Positions 56,526-64,000 of a DNA stretch of 64,000 nt are shown in pieces. The notes under the pieces are model-generated. The model did not search any database, had not been told where the DNA came from, and worked only from the letters and a program-made list of their open reading frames with translations. Position numbers and translations under genes: made by a program. The number at the start of each line of letters is the position of its first letter. Within the stretch, counting starts at the first letter, position 1. The stretch is from Anaerolineae bacterium (GTDB lineage Bacteria > Chloroflexota > Anaerolineae > Anaerolineales > UBA4823): the NCBI GenBank assembly GCA_041301185.1, contig JBFYSV010000031.1:1102-65101 (forward strand). Reading direction: 5' to 3'.

Positions 56526-57323
56526 TCAGACTCTTTGCCAGGTCTGCCGCGCCGCGATTGCCAGGGCAGATTCCACAATCTCTCGGGCAATCTCCACTCG
56601 GTGTTCCCAATTCCGGGGGTCAGCATCGTACTGGATAGCTGCCTGGAGCTGATCCTCCTGTTTAGCAGCAAGATCTTTATAGCGATCTGCGCTCTCCCAA
56701 TCCAGGCCATCGACTTCAACGTAGTCTATTTGGAAGCCTGCTTTATGAAGCAGGATCGGCCACTCGGCATCTGTACCCATGGCGTGACCGGGAACCGTAT
56801 TTGCTACAATGTAATCAGCTGCCTCTCGGCAGAAACCTTTTGAGCCAGCGCTGACATCCATAAACCTGCCCAAGAAATGGGAGACAACCTGGTTACTAAT
56901 CGCCTCAGTCTGAACAAGTGCTGCTGGGTGAGTCTGATAAGCAAAGGGCGTGCGACCAATGATCAGACTATCGCTGGACATCATTTTAGCTACAGTATGC
57001 AACCATTCATCTGGTCGGGTTTCCACCCAGCGCAACAATCTATCCAGATCTGCATACTGGATATAACTGGGATTCGTTTCCAAAGAGGCCTGGAGCGCTG
57101 CGTAGCGTCCCCTAGACCAGTTGTCGGGTTGTCTGACCAGGATTCCGGGTAATCGGTTTATCTCCTCTACTTCTGATACCTCCCTGGTGTTTAGATCACC
57201 CATAGGTGGTGTAATAATGACGATTTGTGCATAAGCGGCAACTAAATCACCTAGATGCACAATCAGGCGGTTCATCTCACCACGCGGATGCCAGGTTGCT
57301 GCTAAAGTAACACTCATAATCAT
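56526..57323 (-). CDS. Hypothetical protein (265 aa); first ORF after the Leu T-box
   Basis: ATG ORF that fills the whole space between the T-box terminator and leuS. I cannot name a motif. The YADLDRLLRW segment could be a DxD-like element of a GT-A-like fold, but this is a guess. Confidence 0.6.
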   Translation of the reverse strand: MIMSVTLAATWHPRGEMNRLIVHLGDLVAAYAQIVIITPPMGDLNTREVSEVEEINRLPGILVRQPDNWSRGRYAALQASLETNPSYIQYADLDRLLRWVETRPDEWLHTVAKMMSSDSLIIGRTPFAYQTHPAALVQTEAISNQVVSHFLGRFMDVSAGSKGFCREAADYIVANTVPGHAMGTDAEWPILLHKAGFQIDYVEVDGLDWESADRYKDLAAKQEDQLQAAIQYDADPRNWEHRVEIAREIVESALAIAARQTWQRV

Positions 57324-57336
57324 CTATCCAACAAAT

Positions 57337-57620
57337 AAAAAAAACCTCCGCCCACAGGGGCGAAGGAATTCTCCGCGGTACCACCCTGCTTGCTATGAGG
57401 AAAGGGAAACATCCCAGTCCCTCACTAGCCGCTCAGTTACGCGCTAACGGGCGAATCCCGCCACTGGCTATGTCTTGGTGACATTCACCGATGAAAACTG
57501 CCCTGATAGGGCAACAGGCGAGTTCAGCCTTCAAATTATGCTTGTGCACCGCTGGCACATCACCGGGCTTCCACCTCTCTCTCCCGATTCGCTGACGGAT
57601 GGCTTACTACTCCTGTAGAG
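57337..57620 (-). promoter_or_regulatory. T-box riboswitch leader, specifier CUC (tRNA-Leu), with intrinsic terminator
   Basis: Minus-strand RNA. The specifier loop has AGUAGUA on the 5' side and GAA-CUC-G on the 3' side (CUC = 57522..57520), flanked by helices CAGG/CCUG and AGCC/GGCU. A GGGAGAGAGAGG box follows. T-box core AGGGUGGUACCGCGG lies at 57387..57373. Terminator CCUUCGCCC-CUGU-GGGCGGAGG lies at 57366..57345, then U8. The bulge UGGU matches an A73 discriminator, as in tRNA-Leu. Confidence 0.85.
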
Positions 57621-57636
57621 TTTATTAAATATTTAG

Positions 57637-57709
57637 TGGACCCAGTGGGATTCGAACCCACGACCTTCTCAATGCCATTGAGACGCGCTCCCAACTGCGC
57701 TATGGGCCC
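57637..57709 (-). tRNA. tRNA-Ala (anticodon GGC), CCA not encoded
   Basis: 73-nt cloverleaf: GGGCCCA UA GCGC AGUUGGGA GCGC G UCUCA AUGGCAU UGAGA AGGUC GUGGG UUCGAAU CCCAC UGGGUCC A. G3:U70 identity pair is present. The 3' flank is CUA. Confidence 0.95.
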
Positions 57710-57762
57710 AAATTTAGTAGCCGGAATTGTACTGTTAAACCCACAATCCGTCAACGAGCCAG

Positions 57763-57835
57763 TGGACCTGGAGGGATTCGAACCCTCGACCTCTTCAGTG
57801 CGATTGAAGCGCGCTCCCAACTGCGCTACAGGCCC
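57763..57835 (-). tRNA. tRNA-Ala (anticodon CGC), CCA not encoded
   Basis: GGGCCUG UA GCGC AGUUGGGA GCGC G CUUCA AUCGCAC UGAAG AGGUC GAGGG UUCGAAU CCCUC CAGGUCC A. G3:U70 is present. The 3' flank is CUG. Confidence 0.95.
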
Positions 57836-57852
57836 ACAGTTCTGAGAAAGGA

Positions 57853-57881
57853 ATTTTATCTGAGGCCTGCCAGACTGTCAA
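57853..57881 (-). promoter_or_regulatory. Strong sigma70-type promoter upstream of the tRNA-Ala pair
   Basis: Minus strand: TTGACA (57881..57876), 17 nt spacer, TAAAAT (57858..57853). It lies ~18 nt upstream of the first tRNA 5' end. Confidence 0.6.
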
Positions 57882-57947
57882 GCAGGCTAAAAGATAAAAA
57901 AAGCCAATAGATGCCTGTTGGTCAACAAATCTCCCCATCTTGACCGC

Positions 57948-58610
57948 TTAATTGATCGAGAAACTGCCAATTTTCTGAGTATCGGGATTTGCTTGTAATG
58001 CCCGCAGAATAGCCACCTCTCTTTGGTAACTATCCAGCAAGCGGATTAGAAGCTGGGAGGTTGTTTCGATGGAGAGAAATTCCTGCTTTTCTCGATTGGG
58101 TACTTGCAATGCAATCGCGGCCAGGTATGCCTGTGCCTGAGGGTCGTCAGGTATCTGTGGAACTTCAAGATCGACACCTCCCGTATCGGTCAATACTTCC
58201 AGATATTTTATTAGCCAGGGTTTCAGACGATCACCTGCCTGCATGACCGCATCCTTATTCTCATCCTGCAAAGGAAATAGCTCGATGATCCCATTAAGGT
58301 ATAGCGCTTTACGACGGTCCACCATGATCGTGCGGAAGCGCTCCTGCCCAAGCGCCACGATATTCATCCGTCCATCTGTGAGCGGCTGCGTCTCAATAAT
58401 TTGGGCAGTGCAACCGATATCCTTTGGTTCTGCCAGAGGCCCATAGGCTTCGCTGCCTCGATCTATGAGCACCACCCCGAAGGGAATGCTGCGCTCCAGG
58501 CACAGGTTGATCATCTTCTTATATCGATCTTCGAAGATGTGCAGCTGTAAGGGCATGCCTGGAAATAAAACTGTATTGAGCGGGAACAGCGGCAATTCAT
58601 ATACCGACAT
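57948..58610 (-). CDS. Stand-alone LON substrate-binding (Lon N-terminal) domain protein
   Basis: LPLFPLNTVLFPGMPLQLHIFEDRYKKMI is the canonical Lon N-domain start. No AAA+ or protease domain follows. ATG 58610 is preferred over the listed TTG at 58619. Confidence 0.75.
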   Translation of the reverse strand: MSVYELPLFPLNTVLFPGMPLQLHIFEDRYKKMINLCLERSIPFGVVLIDRGSEAYGPLAEPKDIGCTAQIIETQPLTDGRMNIVALGQERFRTIMVDRRKALYLNGIIELFPLQDENKDAVMQAGDRLKPWLIKYLEVLTDTGGVDLEVPQIPDDPQAQAYLAAIALQVPNREKQEFLSIETTSQLLIRLLDSYQREVAILRALQANPDTQKIGSFSIN

Positions 58611-58715
58611 CAATATCAATCCTGAAATAATCTACAACCCAGCCTGATTTTTTGATTCTAACACAGCCGCTACATTCATAGATTCACAAGGCTTCCTCCA
58701 ATCCGGGGAAAAGAC

Positions 58716-58721
58716 TATAAT
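58716..58721 (+). promoter_or_regulatory. Candidate -10 box for the peptidase-MFS-PAP2 operon
   Basis: TATAAT lies 32 nt upstream of ATG 58753. The -35 is weak (TTCCTC at 17-nt spacing). Confidence 0.3.
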
Positions 58722-58752
58722 TTCATTATCCAAATCACCCAATGGAGTATCG

Positions 58753-59883
58753 ATGACAAATCCCCAAACCTCTGCGTACCAGTCACGCCAATCAAAATTG
58801 GCGGTCATCTTACAGACCAGTGGCTATTCTGCTATGCTTCTCAATCCCGGTCCCAGCCTGGCATACCTGACAGGATTAAACTTCCATTTGATGGAAAGAC
58901 CCGTGGTAGCTCTGTTTATGCCCCATACGCCTCTAGTCCTGGTTTTACCGGAATTGGAAGCAGCTAAAGTCTCCCACTTGCCTTTTCCGGTTCAGGCTTT
59001 TACGTTTGGGGAGGATCCATCAAGCTGGGCAGCAGTGTTCCATCAAGGCTTCAAAGCCGCCAGGTTGGAACCCGGCGCACGAGTTGGGGTGGAGCCACGC
59101 CGTCTGCGTCTGCTTGAACTACGCCTGGCAGAAGAGGCAACACCCAAAACCTACTTCATCTCTGCAGAAGAGGTCTTTGCCAACCTGCGAATGCACAAGG
59201 ACGAGACAGAGCTCGCATCTATACGAAAAGCGGTACAGATCGCTGAGCAAGCTTTGATCGAAACACTGCCCTTGATCAAAGTAGGGGTCACCGAAAAAGA
59301 GATTGCCGCTGAGCTGACCTTACAACTCCTGCGAGGCGGCTCAGATCCGGAGATGCCTTTCTCTCCCATCGTCTCGTCTGGTCCTAATAGCGCCAACCCA
59401 CATGCCACTCCCACAAACCGCGCCCTGCATCCCGGTGATTGCCTGGTGATTGACTGGGGTGCCACATCCGATGGCTACATTTCCGATATCACCCGCACAT
59501 TTGCGGTTGTAGAAGTTGATAAAGAGATGCAGCGAATCTTCAGGATTGTCGCACAGGCAAATGCTGCCGGCAGGGCGATTGCCGGGCCAGGTATCCCGGC
59601 AGAGCAAATCGATGCTGCTGCACGCCAGGTAATTGGCGATGCTGGCTATGGCCCGTATTTCACCCACCGTACCGGTCACGGGATTGGTATGGAAGGGCAT
59701 GAAGAGCCATATATTCGCTCCGGAAACAGTCTACCGCTCAAACCCGGGATGACGTTTACAGTCGAGCCCGGAATATATCTACCGGATCGTAATGGCGTAC
59801 GTATTGAAGATAATATCGTAATTACACAAACCGGCAGCCAATGCCTCACAGGCTTGCCAAGAGAAATGGATACAGTTGGTTAG
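58753..59883 (+). CDS. M24 family Xaa-Pro peptidase
   Basis: ..DCLVIDWGA..GYISDITRT.., HRTGHGIGMEGHE, TVEPGIY, VRIEDN (metal ligands). Confidence 0.85.
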   Translation: MTNPQTSAYQSRQSKLAVILQTSGYSAMLLNPGPSLAYLTGLNFHLMERPVVALFMPHTPLVLVLPELEAAKVSHLPFPVQAFTFGEDPSSWAAVFHQGFKAARLEPGARVGVEPRRLRLLELRLAEEATPKTYFISAEEVFANLRMHKDETELASIRKAVQIAEQALIETLPLIKVGVTEKEIAAELTLQLLRGGSDPEMPFSPIVSSGPNSANPHATPTNRALHPGDCLVIDWGATSDGYISDITRTFAVVEVDKEMQRIFRIVAQANAAGRAIAGPGIPAEQIDAAARQVIGDAGYGPYFTHRTGHGIGMEGHEEPYIRSGNSLPLKPGMTFTVEPGIYLPDRNGVRIEDNIVITQTGSQCLTGLPREMDTVG

Positions 59884-59889
59884 CCGGCA

Positions 59890-61032
59890 ATGAGCCGCGA
59901 TCTGATCCTGATTGCTTGTTCCTTGCTCGTGTGGGGGCTTGGAGAAGGGGCTTTCTTTTCATTTCAACCGCTCTACCTGCAACAATTGGGCGCTGATCCC
60001 ATAAAAATTGGTGCGATTCTCGGTGGATATGGTTTGGCTCAAACCCTGGCCCATATCCCGGCAGGTTATCTTTCAGATCGAATCGGCCAGCGACCCCTGA
60101 TGTGGGCAGCCTGGATTTTTGGACTTCTTGCAACCTGGTTGATGGCGCTGGCAACCACACTCCCGACCTTTATCGTCGGAATGTTCTTATATGGAGCGAC
60201 CAGTTTCGTAGTCTCCCCAATGAACAGCTACTTAACCGCTATACGCGGTCGATTAAGGGTAGGTAGAGTATTGACGATGATCTCAGCCTCCTACAACATC
60301 GGCGCAATTCTTGGACCCTTATTGGGTGGCTGGATCGGCGAGACGTATGGCTTCAGGACCATTTTCATGTTCGCCGCAATAATATTCGTCATCTCTACCG
60401 CCCTGATCCTGCTAATCCGCCCGCAGCCGATCGAGGCTCGCAGCAGTCTCCAGCTCAGTGATAAGCTGATTGGCAATCGGCATTACCTGCAATTTATGTC
60501 GTTGGTTTTCGTCGCAATGTTCGCGATGTACCTGGCTCAACCTCTGGCACCCAACTATCTTCAAAACCAGCGCGATCTCAGCCTGGTGGCAATTGGGCAG
60601 CTATATTCGATCAGCTCTTTGGGTATTGTCCTGTCCAACCTGATCTTAGGCAACCTGGAACACAGGCTGGGATATTTGCTCGGACAGGTTGCTGTGGCTA
60701 TCTTCGCAATGCTTCTCTGGAGACAGAGCGGGATGTTCTGGTACTCACTGGCATATCTGTTTGTTGGCGGGTACCGCACCGCGCGCTCATTGGCAATGGC
60801 TCAAGTTCAAACCCTGGTGCCTCCTGCCAAATTAGGACTCGCATATGGGGTGAGTGAGACAATCGCATCCTCTGCCAATATCCTGGTTCCATTCGTGGCA
60901 GGCTATTTATACGCCATCAATCCAGATATCCTTTTCCCAATCAGCATTGGTTTAATCATAATTTCACTCCTGGCTAACGGGTATTACCTGTTCTATCGCC
61001 TGCCCACACCCAAAGATATAATCCCGACGTAA
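59890..61032 (+). CDS. MFS transporter
   Basis: 380 aa, ~12 TM helices, GYLSDRIGQRPLM (MFS motif A-like). Starts 6 nt after the peptidase stop. Confidence 0.8.
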   Translation: MSRDLILIACSLLVWGLGEGAFFSFQPLYLQQLGADPIKIGAILGGYGLAQTLAHIPAGYLSDRIGQRPLMWAAWIFGLLATWLMALATTLPTFIVGMFLYGATSFVVSPMNSYLTAIRGRLRVGRVLTMISASYNIGAILGPLLGGWIGETYGFRTIFMFAAIIFVISTALILLIRPQPIEARSSLQLSDKLIGNRHYLQFMSLVFVAMFAMYLAQPLAPNYLQNQRDLSLVAIGQLYSISSLGIVLSNLILGNLEHRLGYLLGQVAVAIFAMLLWRQSGMFWYSLAYLFVGGYRTARSLAMAQVQTLVPPAKLGLAYGVSETIASSANILVPFVAGYLYAINPDILFPISIGLIIISLLANGYYLFYRLPTPKDIIPT

Positions 61033-61046
61033 GAAAGGAGCACGCA

Positions 61047-62042
61047 ATGCCACCAGATTGGCTTGATAATGGGATCCAAATTGTTCTGGTCATCCAGAGT
61101 CTTGGTGAGTGGTTAGCCGGACCCATGATGTTCTTCTCGTTTCTCGGCTCGGAACAATTCTTTCTACTAATTGCTCCGGCAATCTATTGGTGTATCAACA
61201 CGCAAATCGGGTTGAGGCTGGGTATTTATTTAGCTTTGACCGCTGGGGTGAACTCGATATTGAAGCTGATCTTTCACGGGCCAAGACCCTACTGGTACGA
61301 TCCGCGGGTCATCGCCCTGGCTGGTGAGTCGTCATTTGGAATCCCTTCGGGGCACTCCCAAAGCGCCGTAGTGGTATGGGGTAGCCTGGCCGCGAGTATA
61401 GGCAAGCGCTGGTTGGGATTGTTGGCAGGTGTGCTGTTCATACTGATTGGCCTCTCCAGGATGTACCTTGGGGTGCATTTTCCTCAGGATGTGCTGGTTG
61501 GCTGGTTAATCGGGATTCTATTATTATGGATCTTAATAAAAATAGAGCCGCCAGTACTGTCATGGTTGAGACAAAAAAACCTTGCAGGACAAATCAGCGC
61601 GGCCTTAATCGCATCACTTTTGATCATCCTGATCGCCTGGCTCGCCCGCCAGGCATTGGGTGATTGGAGCGTGCCCACGGAATGGATTGAAAACGCTGCC
61701 AGGGCATTTCCTGACGATGAACCCATAAACCCACTTGCACTTAGCGGTATCGTCTCCAATGCGGCTATCTTCTTTGGCCTTGCAACCGGGGGCATGTGGA
61801 TTAATTCAAGAGGTGGCTTTCGTGTCCAGGGTTCCGGGTGGCAGTTAGTAATGCGTTATCTCGTTGGTCTTTTAGGGGTACTGGTATTTTGGTTTGGTCT
61901 GGGTGAACTCTTACCCGATGGAGAAGGTGGCTTCCCGCTGTTATTGCGGTATCTCCGCTATGCTCTGGTCGGATTCTGGGTGAGCGGCCTGGCGCCGGTG
62001 ACCTTTATCAGGTTACACCTGGCAGATTCAATCCAGAAATAA
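61047..62042 (+). CDS. PAP2-family membrane phosphatase with extra C-terminal TM domain
   Basis: KLIFHGPRPYW (KxxxxxxRP), PSGHS, SRMYLGVHFPQD (SRxxxxxHxxxD). Confidence 0.85.
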   Translation: MPPDWLDNGIQIVLVIQSLGEWLAGPMMFFSFLGSEQFFLLIAPAIYWCINTQIGLRLGIYLALTAGVNSILKLIFHGPRPYWYDPRVIALAGESSFGIPSGHSQSAVVVWGSLAASIGKRWLGLLAGVLFILIGLSRMYLGVHFPQDVLVGWLIGILLLWILIKIEPPVLSWLRQKNLAGQISAALIASLLIILIAWLARQALGDWSVPTEWIENAARAFPDDEPINPLALSGIVSNAAIFFGLATGGMWINSRGGFRVQGSGWQLVMRYLVGLLGVLVFWFGLGELLPDGEGGFPLLLRYLRYALVGFWVSGLAPVTFIRLHLADSIQK

Positions 62043-62045
62043 AAA

Positions 62046-62066
62046 GGCGGGAGTTTGCCTCCCGCC
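62046..62066. terminator. Bidirectional terminator between the convergent PAP2 and EF-G genes
   Basis: AAAAAGGCGGGAG-TTTGC-CTCCCGCCCTTT. The stem is 8 bp and GC-rich, flanked by an A-run on one side and a T-run on the other. Confidence 0.7.
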
Positions 62067-62073
62067 CTTTGGA

Positions 62074-64000
62074 TTATTCTTCTTTTGCTGCCTGGAGCTC
62101 TTTTTGCCGGGCATTAATAATCTCCTGCGCCAGATGCGCCGGGACGACTTCGTAATGTGAAGCCTCCATCGTGAACACTCCTCGTCCGCCTGTGATGGAA
62201 CGCAGATCGGTCGTATAGCGCAGCATTTCCGCCAGAGGCACTTGTGCAGTGACGATCGAGTGGCCTTTTTCTGTATCCATACCCTGAACACGCGCTCGGC
62301 GCGTGTTCAGGTCGCCCAATACCTCACCCATGTTGGCTTCTGGTACCACAATCCGAACATTCATAATCGGCTCCAGGAGCACTGGCGCGGCATCTTTGAC
62401 AGCCAGTTTGAATGCCTCCCGGCTGGCAATCTCAAACGCCACCGGTTTCGAATCGACAGCGTGTTCTTTGCCGTCATAAACGGATACTTTCACATTTTTG
62501 ATCGGGTACCCTGCAATCGCTCCCTCTTTCATCACGCCCTTGATACCTTTTTCTATGGCGGGCATATAGCTCGAAGAAACCGCACCACCAAAAACATCAT
62601 TGGAAAATGCATAATCTTCATCCGGCAAAGGCTCAACCCGCATATGGACTTCACCAAACTGTCCTGCACCGCCGGTTTGCTTTTTGTGGCGGTACATCGC
62701 CTGTCCCTGCTTGGTAATCGTTTCCTGGTAGGGGACTTTGGGCATTTCAGTAGATAAAGCAGTCTGAAATTTCGCCTCTGCCTTACGGATTGCCACATCG
62801 ATATGCTGGTCGCCCATGCCCTGCAGAATAGTCTGGTTGGTGCTGGCGATCTGGTGCCAGGTAAGGGTAGGGTCCTCCTCGCACAGTCTTGTGAGAGTTG
62901 GGCTTAGCTTGGCAGAGTCTGCCTGCGTCTTCGGTGAGACCGACACCTGGAACAAGGCGCTTGGATATTCAGGCACAGATAAAACCAGCGGATGGCCTTT
63001 GTCACAAAGTGTATCGCCAGTGGAGGTTACGTTTAGCTTGGGTACTGTGCCAATATCCCCAGAATGGACGACTTTTACCCCAAGTTGCTCCTTACCCCGC
63101 ATCAGGTGAAGTGACCCCAGGCGCTCTTCGGCGCCTTTATTTTGATTCCAGACTCTGGAGTCCGAGGTGATCATGCCAGAATAGACACGGAAGTAGGTGA
63201 TCTTACCCACAAAGGGATCAGCTGTCGTTTTCCATACATAGGCAGCCAGAGGGTTTACATCGTTTGGCGTGAGCTTTTCCTCGCCCCCTTTCCCACTAGC
63301 CATCATAGGAGCGATTTGAGTGGGGGATGGGAACAACTCAATCATCGCATCCAGTAACGGAGCAATTCCGATCTCCGCCGAGCCCGCGGCCACGAAAACG
63401 GGTGCGTACGAACCAGAAAGGATTACCTCCCTCAACCCTCGCTTGATTTCCTCCTCGCTCAGCGCCTCGCCTTCAAGGTATTTCTCCAGCAGGGCATCTT
63501 CACTCTCCGCAGCAGCTTCGATCAACTCCATGCGTGCTGTCTCAACATCATCGGCATACTCTGCAGGAATGTCGGTCGCGGATTTCCCATCTCCTGGGTA
63601 TGCTTTTAAGCTGAGAAGGTCGATTACACCTTTGAACTCCTGTTTTTCTCCCCACGGGAGCTGAACAGGAATCAGCCGCACATTGGATACCTCCTGAGCA
63701 GATTCGAGGGCTTTGCGAAAGTTAGCGTTATCCCGGTTCATTTTATTGATAATAATAAACCGAGGCAATTTAAATTGGTCACAATAATTTAATGCGATTT
63801 CGGTTCCAACTTCGGCTCCCGCAACGGAATCGATCAATACCAGAACACCATCAGCAACTCTTAACGCGGAGATCACTTCTCCAACAAAATCAGTGTACCC
63901 GGGTGTATCCAGCAAATTTATCTTATGATCCTTATACTCGACTGGTGCCAGTGCAGTGGAGAGGGAGATGCCTCGCCGGTGCTCCTCATCCTCGAAATCT
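62074..64000 (-). CDS. Elongation factor G family GTPase, N-terminus beyond the window edge
   Basis: The listed M is a TTG inside the gene. The frame stays open to nt 64000 (..DFEDEEHRRGISLSTALAPVEYKDHKINLLDTPGY..), which is the EF-G G domain. NKMD motif and domains II-V follow. It is not in an rpsL-rpsG-fusA-tuf context on the visible side. Confidence 0.85.
   Translation of the reverse strand, partial: DFEDEEHRRGISLSTALAPVEYKDHKINLLDTPGYTDFVGEVISALRVADGVLVLIDSVAGAEVGTEIALNYCDQFKLPRFIIINKMNRDNANFRKALESAQEVSNVRLIPVQLPWGEKQEFKGVIDLLSLKAYPGDGKSATDIPAEYADDVETARMELIEAAAESEDALLEKYLEGEALSEEEIKRGLREVILSGSYAPVFVAAGSAEIGIAPLLDAMIELFPSPTQIAPMMASGKGGEEKLTPNDVNPLAAYVWKTTADPFVGKITYFRVYSGMITSDSRVWNQNKGAEERLGSLHLMRGKEQLGVKVVHSGDIGTVPKLNVTSTGDTLCDKGHPLVLSVPEYPSALFQVSVSPKTQADSAKLSPTLTRLCEEDPTLTWHQIASTNQTILQGMGDQHIDVAIRKAEAKFQTALSTEMPKVPYQETITKQGQAMYRHKKQTGGAGQFGEVHMRVEPLPDEDYAFSNDVFGGAVSSSYMPAIEKGIKGVMKEGAIAGYPIKNVKVSVYDGKEHAVDSKPVAFEIASREAFKLAVKDAAPVLLEPIMNVRIVVPEANMGEVLGDLNTRRARVQGMDTEKGHSIVTAQVPLAEMLRYTTDLRSITGGRGVFTMEASHYEVVPAHLAQEIINARQKELQAAKEE

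Noticed and set aside
56465-56719. 85-codon N-terminal extension of leuS in the listed 901-aa ORF.
   Set aside because: It overlaps the 3' end of ORF265 and lacks LeuRS homology. ATG 56464 has AGGAG and begins with the conserved MTDLPIYNPAEIEPKWQ.
57560-57845. ORFs 57560..57820 (-) and 57636..57845 (+).
   Set aside because: They are translations across the two tRNA-Ala genes and the T-box leader. The peptide FEPTTFSMPLRRAPNCA is the classic artefact of reading a tRNA gene.
1-64000. Searched by eye for CRISPR-like spaced repeats, IS or transposase genes, integrases, phage genes, toxin-antitoxin pairs and known defence genes.
   Set aside because: None found. Every long ORF has a housekeeping or envelope/bioenergetic assignment. 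The only repeats are gene paralogs (nuoM x2, FemAB x2, tRNA-Ala x2) and low-complexity coding repeats.

Overview
This is a core-chromosome window with no mobile elements. I call 55 protein genes, 2 tandem tRNA-Ala genes, 2 T-box riboswitches, and several promoters and terminators. Gene content suggests a Chloroflexota (Anaerolineae-like) genome: a complex I cluster with two nuoM copies, T-box leaders, and a lipoprotein with a Pro/Thr/Ala-rich linker. That assignment is inference only. Left to right the window holds: a DUF4032-like gene fragment; a giant multi-GAF sensor kinase plus a FIST protein; a Trp T-box in front of a stand-alone trpB2; a GntR-HTH/PBP-like regulator with tupBCA (tungstate-type ABC transporter); a long minus-strand operon nusA-ylxR-infB-rbfA-nrnA-truB-ribF-thyA-folA; GNAT plus a DHH-CBS-CCA-adding-enzyme fusion; a small MazG-like/LOG-like/HEAT-repeat operon; rpsO-pnp; cupin; murE; an F0-only atp cluster (atpZ/I-like, a, c, and b fused to a delta C-terminal domain) directly following a membrane-arm-only complex I cluster (nuoA,H,J,K,L,M,M,N); a transglutaminase-like membrane protein; and a 12.6-kb co-directional minus-strand block (promoter, tRNA-Ala x2, Leu T-box, orphan ORF, leuS, creatininase-family, RidA, GT2, polyprenyl-P sugar transferase, CapD-like dehydratase, two FemAB paralogs, DcyD-like PLP enzyme). 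The window ends with a LON N-domain protein, an M24 peptidase-MFS-PAP2 operon and a truncated EF-G. I saw no CRISPR array, transposase, integrase, phage gene or recognisable defence system. I cannot point to a clearly novel system. The most unusual items are organisational: the tRNA/T-box/leuS/FemAB block, the membrane-subunit-only nuo+atp supercluster with a b/delta-CTD fusion, and the MazG/LOG/HEAT operon. All family calls come from motif recognition by eye. No database search was run.
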